Of a DNA stretch of 47,526 bases, positions 39,523-47,526 are shown in pieces. The notes beneath the pieces were generated by a model that saw only the letters and a program-made list of their open reading frames with translations, was not told the origin of the DNA and made no database searches. Position 1 is the stretch's first letter. The number at the start of each line of letters is the position of its first letter. The position numbers were made by a program, and so were the translations under genes. This DNA is from Chloroflexota bacterium. Its GTDB lineage: Bacteria > Chloroflexota > UBA4733. The stretch lies in contig JAMCRV010000087.1 of the NCBI GenBank assembly GCA_023381555.1, forward strand, positions 1-47,526. Reading direction: 5' to 3'.

Positions 39523-40507
39523 TGCCATTTCCCGAGATGACGGTGCTGAAACGGTCTTCCTTGGCATCGATGGCGGCGGCACCAAGACGGCTGTTGCCAT
39601 CATCAACGCCAAGGCAGAGCTCGTGGGATCTGGCAGCGCCGGCGCATCCAACATCAACGTCTGTGGCGCGGCAGCAGCAACCAAGAGCTTCCAGCACGCC
39701 ATTGCGGAGGCTGTGACAGCGCTTCCACCAGGCACTCGAGCTGGAGGAGTGTGGGCAGCTGTTGCAGGCGCCGGTCAGCCGGCGCAACAGCGCCGTGTGC
39801 AGAGGATTCTCCGGCGTGTCCTCAGAACTCAACCCCTGGGTAACCGCAGCGGGCTCGGTCAGGCACCGTTGCGCGTCACCGATGATGCCTGCGCCGTACT
39901 CGCGGCTTCTGACCTTTCTGAAGGGATTGTAGTGATCGTGGGGACAGGCTCATTCGTCTGGGGCCAGCGCCACGACGGTGTCAGCGCCAGAGCAGGTGGT
40001 TGGGGCTATCTGCTCGGAGACCCGGGCGGTGGGTTCGATCTCGGTCGCCGCGCCGTAGTAGCGGTGCTTAGCGAGTCAGACGGATTCGGACCCTCGACAG
40101 CACTCACACCGCTGCTCCTCGATCGTTTTGCGATACCACGACCGCTCGACCTCATTCCCCTGGTGTACGCTGGAGCGGAGGGACGAGCGCATCTCGCTTC
40201 CCTCGGAGAGGCGGTGCTGTCGCTCGCCGGTCAAGGCGATCCGGTGGCTCGAGGCATCGTTGATCACGCAGCGAGTGAGCTTGCCCAGCAAATCATCGCT
40301 GTGGCTACATCCCTGCACATCTCCGACGTCAGCATCGTACGCTCCGGCAGCATCGCCCGGCACCCAGTGATGGAAGACGCGCTACACCGCAGCGTGTCGC
40401 CGTTCCTGCGAGTGCACTGGCAACTTCCACTGCGAACACCAGCAGAGGGCGCTGCCACGCTCGCCCGCACACTGGCAATTGCAGGGGAGACGGTAATCGG
40501 GGCATAA
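39512..40507 (+). CDS. BadF/BadG/BcrA/BcrD family sugar kinase (N-acetylglucosamine/MurNAc kinase-like)
   Basis: LGIDGGGTKT, GTGS, RAGGWGYLLGDPGGG. Confidence 0.85.
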   Translation: MSPDAISRDDGAETVFLGIDGGGTKTAVAIINAKAELVGSGSAGASNINVCGAAAATKSFQHAIAEAVTALPPGTRAGGVWAAVAGAGQPAQQRRVQRILRRVLRTQPLGNRSGLGQAPLRVTDDACAVLAASDLSEGIVVIVGTGSFVWGQRHDGVSARAGGWGYLLGDPGGGFDLGRRAVVAVLSESDGFGPSTALTPLLLDRFAIPRPLDLIPLVYAGAEGRAHLASLGEAVLSLAGQGDPVARGIVDHAASELAQQIIAVATSLHISDVSIVRSGSIARHPVMEDALHRSVSPFLRVHWQLPLRTPAEGAATLARTLAIAGETVIGA

Positions 40508-40564
40508 TCGGCCTAATCAAGAAGGCGATGCGGCACCCGGAGCAAGAGAGAAGAGAGGGCGAAT

Positions 40565-41974
40565 ATGGCGCAACAAGCTGGCCTCATCGGATTAGCTGTC
40601 ATGGGCGCCAACCTCGCCCTCAACATCGCTAGTCGCGGCTTCCAGGTAGTCGTCTACAACCGGACAGCTGAGCGCACACGGCAGTTCCTCACAGGCCCTG
40701 CCTCCGGTACTAGCATCATCGGTGCTGAAACTCTCAGCGGCTTTGTCGCGAAGCTCGAGAGACCACGCCGGATCATTCTCATGGTGCAGGCCGGTGCTCC
40801 CGTAGACTCGATGCTGAGTCAGCTTACACCACTACTTGAACCCGGCGATGCAATCATGGACGGTGGCAACTCTTTCTACCAAGATACGGAGCGGCGTAGC
40901 AAGGAGCTTGCTCAGAAGAGTTTGCGGTACATCGGTACCGGCATCAGCGGCGGTGAGGAGGGCGCTCTCCACGGCCCTTCGATCATGCCCGGTGGAGATC
41001 GTGCTGCGTACGATGAGCTGTTCGCGCCCATCCTCACGAGAATCGCGGCGCAAGTCGAAGATGGACCCTGCTGTACGTACATCGGTCCTGGTGGTGCGGG
41101 ACACTACGTCAAGATGGTGCACAACGGCATCGAGTACGGCGACATGCAGCTCATCGCCGAGGCCTATGCGCTCTTGTCCGGCGGCTTCGGTCTCTCAGCA
41201 AGAGAACTCAGTGACATTTTTGCGGACTGGAACACCGGGATACTCGAGTCCTATCTCATCGAGATCACCGCCAAGGTGCTGGGTTACACCGACCCGGACA
41301 CCGGTCTGCCTCTCGTTGATCTGATCCTCGATGCGGCCGGCCAGAAGGGAACTGGACGCTGGACGTCGCAAGATGCCCTGCAGCTCGGCGTGCCTATTCC
41401 TACCATTGACGCGGCTGTTTGGTCGCGAAATATTTCAGCGCTAAAGACAGAGCGTATTGCCGCTGCGAAGATGCTCGGCACAACTCGCAAGGAGCCATTG
41501 GGACGCGATGAGCAGATCATCGGCGCTGTTCGCGATGCCTTGTACGCAGCGAAAGTCGCCTCCTATGCCCAAGGTATGGCTTTGCTCGCAGCAGCAAGCA
41601 AAGAATATGGCTTTGAGCTCAATCTGAGCGACCTCGCTCGTATCTGGAAAGGTGGCTGCATCATCCGGGCACGCTTACTCAACGAAATCCAGCGGGCATT
41701 TCGTAGTCAGCCTGGCCTGGTGAACTTGCTACTCGATGAAGAGTTTCGCAACCAGCTCCTCGAGCGGGAGCGCGCGTGGAGGACCACTGTTCAGCTTGCC
41801 GCCGAACGTGGAATCCCCTGCCCTGCCTTGAGTGCATCGCTTGCCTACTTCGACAGCTATCGCAGCGTGAGACTCTCGGCAAACCTCATCCAAGGCCAGC
41901 GGGACTTCTTCGGTGCCCACACCTATCAGCGCACCGACAAACCCGGGACGTTCCACACGCAGTGGGAGGGCTAA
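40565..41974 (+). CDS. gndA: 6-phosphogluconate dehydrogenase, NADP-dependent, decarboxylating
   Basis: GLIGLAVMG, SGGEEGA, GHYVKMVHNGIEYGDMQLIAE, GQKGTG, WKGGCIIR, QRDFFGAHTY. Confidence 0.97.
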   Translation: MAQQAGLIGLAVMGANLALNIASRGFQVVVYNRTAERTRQFLTGPASGTSIIGAETLSGFVAKLERPRRIILMVQAGAPVDSMLSQLTPLLEPGDAIMDGGNSFYQDTERRSKELAQKSLRYIGTGISGGEEGALHGPSIMPGGDRAAYDELFAPILTRIAAQVEDGPCCTYIGPGGAGHYVKMVHNGIEYGDMQLIAEAYALLSGGFGLSARELSDIFADWNTGILESYLIEITAKVLGYTDPDTGLPLVDLILDAAGQKGTGRWTSQDALQLGVPIPTIDAAVWSRNISALKTERIAAAKMLGTTRKEPLGRDEQIIGAVRDALYAAKVASYAQGMALLAAASKEYGFELNLSDLARIWKGGCIIRARLLNEIQRAFRSQPGLVNLLLDEEFRNQLLERERAWRTTVQLAAERGIPCPALSASLAYFDSYRSVRLSANLIQGQRDFFGAHTYQRTDKPGTFHTQWEG

Positions 41975-42114
41975 CGCTCCTCCAGCATTGCCAAGCTACT
42001 CGTACAAGCTTCGCGAACACGCTCTGCGCAACGTCGTCGCTCGATTTCCACAGCGGTGCTCATCACGATGAGAACAGACGGACCGGTGCGACAGTCCGAA
42101 TTCCCAGGTAGCAC

Positions 42115-42495
42115 TCAGTTGAGATGCGCACTGAGGGCTGCGCGAACCTTAGCAATAAGCTCATCGATTTCGAATGGCTTGTAGAGATAGTCAAAGAACT
42201 GGGTCCGCTTCTCCAACGGCAGATTGTCGAACTCTCCGTGCTTTGCAGTCACAAAGACCACTGGAATCGATTCTGTCTCGGGGTCGATACGTAAGAGCTG
42301 CAGCTCGTCCCATCCATCCAGATAGGGCATCATGATATCGAGCAGGATCACATTGGGACGCTCACGTTTGGCGGCATCATAGACACGAAGTGGCTCCAAC
42401 GCCGTAACGACAGCGAAGCCCTCTTCTTGGAGGATTTGGGTCATCATCTGCACGATGACTGCGTCGTCATCCACGATGAGGACCTTGTTGTTCAT
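42115..42495 (-). CDS. Single-domain response regulator (receiver)
   Basis: VLIVDDD, LLDIMMP.LDG, VTA, KPF. Confidence 0.9.
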   Translation of the reverse strand: MNNKVLIVDDDAVIVQMMTQILQEEGFAVVTALEPLRVYDAAKRERPNVILLDIMMPYLDGWDELQLLRIDPETESIPVVFVTAKHGEFDNLPLEKRTQFFDYLYKPFEIDELIAKVRAALSAHLN

Positions 42496-42732
42496 CTCAG
42501 TTCATACCTACCCTGAAGTGCCCAACCGCTGAGTCAATCGCATAGACGATAACACGAGTCGAACGAATCCCTAAGAGCAATAGCCAGTATTGATTTTAGT
42601 ACTGATCTCTCCTCAAGCTTCTGGTAAGCGTTCATCCGGACCTCCCAGGGCCATCAGCTCGTGCGGCGATTGACGCTCGACCACAATGGATGCGGCGGAC
42701 GCGGTGCAGGCAACACGGCAGCGGGCCAGGAA

Positions 42733-43098
42733 TCAGAACGAAAGATGCGGAAGGGTGAAAGAAACGACAATCAGGAGCACGAGTGCCGTGATGACCAGAA
42801 CCAGGATCCTCCGCAGGTCCTTGTACACGTACTCATAGCCGCCAAACAGCGCAGACGTGCTGCGGCTTCGCTGCGCTCGCGACCGCTCGTGTGCCCCGGC
42901 GGCCGCCGGCGGGGCCAGCGTGAGGCGGTGAGCGTCCGGTGGCATCGCTGGCGGTATCGGAATAGCAGTTGTGCGGGGAGTCGTGGCTGACGACGCTGGC
43001 TTTTCTTGAGCGCCCTTGATGCCTCCAGCGCTGCGATGAGTGGGGGGTCGAGGTGAACGCGCGGCCCCGCCCTGACGAGCGCCACTGCGTCTCGGCAT
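42733..43098 (-). CDS. Hypothetical protein with basic disordered N-terminus and C-terminal TM helix
   Basis: ATG 43098 after GAGG. YEYVYKDLRRI is followed by a hydrophobic helix. Confidence 0.65.
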   Translation of the reverse strand: MPRRSGARQGGAARSPRPPTHRSAGGIKGAQEKPASSATTPRTTAIPIPPAMPPDAHRLTLAPPAAAGAHERSRAQRSRSTSALFGGYEYVYKDLRRILVLVITALVLLIVVSFTLPHLSF

Positions 43099-43315
43099 GT
43101 GCCTCTTCCCCAATCGTTGTGGCAAGGTATCAGTCTTGTCCGTGCTGCCAGTATACCGAGCAGTGCTTGCCCCCGGCCCTGACCGGACCCCAGACTATCC
43201 GGCAGGTGGGATGGGATCAGTCGGATGATACACTCGCTTCGTCTATGGATGGGGCCGGATCGGCACACCGCGACAAGAGATATCTCCCATCCTTCAAGAA
43301 GGGGAGGAGTTCCTA

Positions 43316-44287
43316 GTGAATACAACGCTCGACCTTGCGCTTGAATGTGCTCGAGTCACCGAAGCAGCGGCCATCGCAGCTGGTCGCTGGCTCGGCCACG
43401 GAGACAATCACCGCGCCGATCAAGCGGCGGTAGAAGCCATGAGATCGACGCTGGACTCCCTCGATCTGCACGGCACCGTCGTCATCGGTGAAGGTGAGCG
43501 CGATGAGGCACCAATGCTGTTCATCGGCGAGCGGATCGGCAAGGAAGGCAACTTCGAGGTCGATATTGCGGTCGACCCGCTCGAAGGAACCAACCTCGTC
43601 GCTCGAGGGCAACCAGGATCCACCGCCGTCATCGCCGTCGCTGAGAAAGGCGGGCTCCTACACGCGCCGGACACCTATATGGAGAAGCTGATCGTCGGAC
43701 CGACAGCCGCCGGCAAAATTGACCTGAACTTCCCCGTGCGAGCCAATCTTCGCATCGTTGCTGATTCCCTGAGCCGGCGCATCGAGGAGCTCACCGTGGT
43801 CGTCTTGGACCGTGAGCGCCACCGCGACTTGATTCGAGAAATCCGGGAAGTAGGCGCACGGATCAAGATGATTCCTGATGGCGATCTTGGCGCCGCAATC
43901 TCTGTGGCAGTCTCAGGTACGGGTGATCACGTCGTCATGGGCACAGGCGGTGCTCCAGAAGGGGTCCTTGCCGCAGCTGCTCTCCGGTGCCTCGGTGGAG
44001 AGATCCTTGCTCGCATCAAGCCACGGAACGCCGAGGAAGCAACCCGCGCCGAAAGCATGGGGATCGCGCTCGATAGAGTCTACAACACGCGTGATCTTGC
44101 GAGTGGAGAACACGTCTTCTTCTGTGCCACAGGGGTCACCAGCGGAGACTTGCTCAAGGGGGTGCAGTACTTCGCGGGAGGCGCACGCACGCACTCGTTG
44201 GTGATGAGCCTTCAATCGGGCACGTTTCGGTTCCTCGACACGGTCCATATGTTTGATCGGTCGAAAATCCCTGGAGTGCGTCTCTAG
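43316..44287 (+). CDS. glpX: Class II fructose-1,6-bisphosphatase
   Basis: [50 protein letters not shown], with a strong GGAGGAG RBS. Confidence 0.96.
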   Translation: MNTTLDLALECARVTEAAAIAAGRWLGHGDNHRADQAAVEAMRSTLDSLDLHGTVVIGEGERDEAPMLFIGERIGKEGNFEVDIAVDPLEGTNLVARGQPGSTAVIAVAEKGGLLHAPDTYMEKLIVGPTAAGKIDLNFPVRANLRIVADSLSRRIEELTVVVLDRERHRDLIREIREVGARIKMIPDGDLGAAISVAVSGTGDHVVMGTGGAPEGVLAAAALRCLGGEILARIKPRNAEEATRAESMGIALDRVYNTRDLASGEHVFFCATGVTSGDLLKGVQYFAGGARTHSLVMSLQSGTFRFLDTVHMFDRSKIPGVRL

Positions 44288-45351
44288 CCTGTTGCCGTAG
44301 GGTGGAGCGGGATCGGCTCCGGCCCTGGCTGGGAGAAATGGCACGCAACGAGATGTCCGCGCCCTGAAATGTCACGCCACACCGGAATCTCTTCGCGACA
44401 GATATCCTGCGCGATAGGACAGCGAGTGTGGAAGACGCAGCCTGACGGGGGATTTACTGGGCTGGGAACGTCACCTGCCAGGATGATCCGCTCCCGCCGC
44501 TTCTCGAGCTTCGGATCGGGGATCGGGACCGCAGACAGGAGAGCCCGGGTGTACGGATGCTTTGGGGTTTCGTAGAGTTCATTGCGATCGGCAAGTTCCA
44601 CTATCTTTCCAAGATACATCACGGCTACTCGGTCTGAGATATGGCGGACGACTGAGAGATCGTGCGCGATGAAGAGGTAGGTCAGATCAAACTGCCCCTG
44701 CAAGTCCTCGAGAAGATTGATGATCTGGGCTCGGATAGATACATCCAGGGCGGAAATCGGCTCGTCGCAGACGATGAAATCGGGCTGCAGAGCGAGAGCG
44801 CGGGCGATACCGATGCGCTGGCGCTGTCCTCCCGAAAACTCGTGAGGGTAACGGTTCGCAAAGTACGGGTTGAGTCCGACGATCCGCAACAGTTCTTGCA
44901 CACGTTCCCGCAGCTCTGTTCGATTCGACACGAGGTGATGAATCTGGAGTGGTTCTCCAATGATGCTTCCGACCGTCATGCGGGGATTGAGCGACGCGTA
45001 GGGATCTTGGAAAATCATTTGCACGCTCTTCCGCATCCGCCGCATCGCTTCCCCTTGCAGTTGGGTGAGCTCAGCGTCTCCGAAGAAGACTCGACCAGTC
45101 GTAGGACGCGTCAACTGGAGAATGGCACGACCTGTCGTCGACTTACCACAGCCAGACTCACCGACGAGTCCCAGCGTCTCGCCCTTGTTGATCGTGAACG
45201 AGATATCGTCAACAGCTTTGACGGCGCCGACTCGCCGCTGAAGGAGGATTCCCGAAGTAATCGGGAAGTAGACTTTGAGATGCTCAACGCGCACCAGCGG
45301 CTGAGCGGTCGCTACTGATGCTGTGCTCGCTGCACTCGCTGCCGTGACCAT
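44284..45351 (-). CDS. oppF: Oligopeptide/dipeptide ABC transporter ATP-binding protein (OppF/DppF)
   Basis: [26 protein letters not shown], and the C-terminal oligo_HPY domain with PPSGC.FHTRC. Confidence 0.9.
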   Translation of the reverse strand: MVTAASAASTASVATAQPLVRVEHLKVYFPITSGILLQRRVGAVKAVDDISFTINKGETLGLVGESGCGKSTTGRAILQLTRPTTGRVFFGDAELTQLQGEAMRRMRKSVQMIFQDPYASLNPRMTVGSIIGEPLQIHHLVSNRTELRERVQELLRIVGLNPYFANRYPHEFSGGQRQRIGIARALALQPDFIVCDEPISALDVSIRAQIINLLEDLQGQFDLTYLFIAHDLSVVRHISDRVAVMYLGKIVELADRNELYETPKHPYTRALLSAVPIPDPKLEKRRERIILAGDVPSPVNPPSGCVFHTRCPIAQDICREEIPVWRDISGRGHLVACHFSQPGPEPIPLHPTATG

Positions 45352-45399
45352 GACAGACTCTTCCTTCGCTGCTCGAGGAAACCTACACTGTGGTCAGGA

Positions 45400-46410
45400 T
45401 TAAACGGCTGCACCCAGCGCAGCGTAGCTCTCTTTGTTTACATCTCGGATGCACGCAGCATAGTGATCGGGTCCCACGATCCGCAACTCAGGCACCCCCT
45501 CCCGGCAGCGATCAATGGCAAAAGCGCAACGCGGCGCAAACGGACAAATCGCCGGAAGCGAAATGAGGTCTGGTGGCAGTCCTGGAATCGGGACGAGGCG
45601 TTCCTTGCGTTCTTCATCCAGACGTGGAATAGAGTTCAAGAGGCCCAGGGTGTACGGGTGTCGCGGATGCTCAAAGAGCACGTCCGTCGACGCCGTCTCG
45701 ACTGGCCGGCCAGCATACATCACCACAATGCGATCGGAGACACCAGCGACAACGCCCATGTCGTGGGTGATCAGAATCACCGCGGTGTTGAACTCCTTGC
45801 GTAGCTTGGCAATGAGCTCCAAGATCTGCGCCTGGATGGTCACGTCGAGGGCGGTTGTGGGCTCATCGGCGATGAGCAGCTGCGGGTTGCAAGAGAGCGC
45901 CATGGCAATCATCACGCGCTGGCGCATTCCCCCCGAAAACTGATGCGGATAGTCATCGATGCGACGCACTGCCGCAGGAATCCCTACGAGCTGCAACAGC
46001 TCGATTGCCCGCTTCTTCGCCTGCTTTGCGGTCATCCCCATGTGAAGCTGAATTGCCTCAGTGATTTGGCGCCCGACCGTGAGCACCGGGTTCAACGACG
46101 TCATCGGATCCTGAAAGATCATGGCGATCTGCTTGCCACGGACTCGGCGCATCTCTGCATCGCTGAGTTTCAACAGATCGCGACCAAGGAAAAGAATCTG
46201 CCCAGATGCAGTGCGGGCCGGTGGATGTGGTACCAACCGCATGATGGACATAGCAGTCACGCTCTTGCCACATCCGGACTCACCTACCAGGCCGAGCGTC
46301 TCTCCAGGCTCGACGGAGAAGGAGATCCCATCCACCGCTTTCACGATGCCGTCGCGTGTGTCGAAATAGACTCGCAGGTCGCGCACCTCGAGTAACGGCG
46401 CGCCAATCAC
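45400..46410 (-). CDS. oppD: Oligopeptide/dipeptide ABC transporter ATP-binding protein (OppD/DppD)
   Basis: [42 protein letters not shown]. Confidence 0.92.
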   Translation of the reverse strand: MIGAPLLEVRDLRVYFDTRDGIVKAVDGISFSVEPGETLGLVGESGCGKSVTAMSIMRLVPHPPARTASGQILFLGRDLLKLSDAEMRRVRGKQIAMIFQDPMTSLNPVLTVGRQITEAIQLHMGMTAKQAKKRAIELLQLVGIPAAVRRIDDYPHQFSGGMRQRVMIAMALSCNPQLLIADEPTTALDVTIQAQILELIAKLRKEFNTAVILITHDMGVVAGVSDRIVVMYAGRPVETASTDVLFEHPRHPYTLGLLNSIPRLDEERKERLVPIPGLPPDLISLPAICPFAPRCAFAIDRCREGVPELRIVGPDHYAACIRDVNKESYAALGAAV

Positions 46411-46795
46411 GTCTGGACTCCTCTCCCTAAGCCCGCAGAGACGTTCAGTTCAACGGCCTTGCTCAGTATAAAATCGGGGGTATGGACCTAGATCACGGTC
46501 ACAACCCCGACCCGTGCACGAGGAGCCCTGAGCACCCGCCGAACCAAATGACACAGAGCACACGCCGGTGGATGCTCAACACACTCCTTAGAGTACCAAA
46601 TTGTAGGCTGGTGATTCCTAAGGAATTGCTCGTCCGCATCTGACAGCCAGGTCTCGTGACTGCAATTCCTCTTCCTGGTACGGCTCCGGAGCCGTCGCGC
46701 TTACCCACATCTCCGCGGGAGCGGTGGTTGAGGCTCCGTCTGAGGTTGTACCTTGGCGGTGTTGAGCCAAACCAAGGAACAGCGGAGACGGAGCC

Positions 46796-47526
46796 ATGGA
46801 CACGATAGCGGATGCCGCAGCGATTGCCAACCTGCCGACGGCGGAATTAGAGGAAGCCCTGGCGGAGTTTTTAGCGCCGGTGGCGGCGGAGCTGCCGGAC
46901 GAGCGCTTGCGGCGGGTGCTGGTGCAGGCAGTGCAGGGGATCGTGGGCAGTCAGTCGCCGGTGGTGACGGCGGTAGCGCGCGGGGTGGAGCGGGAGCAGG
47001 AGCATGTCTGGCCCCTGGCGAAGCGCATCTACCGCTTCCTGGCCAACGGGCGCTTCGGACATCGCCAGCTCTTGCGGGGCCTGGTGCGGATTGCCCGGCG
47101 AGCGGTGGCGGCGGTCAACCCGGCATATCTGGTGGTGGCGCTGGACCCGGTACACTTCGAGAAGCCCTACACCAAGCAGTTGGAGGCGGTCAGCACCGTT
47201 ATGAAGAGCACCCCGCCGGGACCGGACGGCGAGAAGCGGCTCACCCCGGGCTATCCGGCCGTCACCGCGGCGGTCGTCAATCTCCCGTCGCCGGTCGTCT
47301 GCTACGCCCGCTGGTTCTCCTACAAGACGAAGGACTTCCTGAGCGAGAACCGCGAACTCTGGCGGGCGATCGGGCAAACCAGGCGACTGTTCCCCCGGTC
47401 GGGTACCCCCTGGGTGGCGCTTTGTGGCGGACAGCGGCTTAGACGACCAAAAACTGTTCGGGCAGATGCGCCAGGCGCAGGCGGAATGCATCATCCGCGC
47501 CAGCCATCTGAACCGGATCGTCGAGG
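46796..47526 (+). pseudogene. Frameshifted DDE transposase (IS4/IS701-like), running off the window edge
   Basis: Manual translation from ATG 46796 (GGAG RBS) gives MDTIADAA...KRIYRFL...VVALDPVHFEKPY...FLSENRE. The second catalytic motif RFVADSGLDD (from 47418) lies in the +1 frame. GC is higher than the flanks. Confidence 0.7.

Overview
GC-rich bacterial chromosomal window, most consistent with a Chloroflexota-type monoderm. This is inferred from the expanded GT-C glycosyltransferases with repeated C-terminal beta-domains, a Gram-positive-type LexA box and the hypothetical protein types. Housekeeping genes include queA, yhhQ, rho, trxA, ruvB, argF, argH, dprA, comF, nth, anmK, gnd, glpX and oppD/oppF. 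There are two clusters of membrane GT-C glycosyltransferases, tRNA-Arg(UCG) and tRNA-Thr(UGU), an apparently complete IS200/IS605 element (tnpA + tnpB with definable ends, target motif and omega-RNA region) and two degraded transposases. The most notable items are: (1) an ORF-less, highly structured ~275-nt transcription unit at 16983-17258 with its own near-consensus sigma70 promoter and terminator, possibly a divergent 6S-like or novel ncRNA with a switchable Shine-Dalgarno hairpin; (2) three GT-C genes sandwiched between queuosine genes yhhQ and queA; (3) an archaeal-type PurP-like ligase; (4) a Rho with a ~250-aa disordered N-terminus and a degenerate primary RNA-binding site; (5) a CsoR-family repressor with a visible operator controlling thioredoxin; (6) several small ORFs missed or ambiguous in the ORF track. 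All family calls come from motif recognition by eye; no database searches were run.
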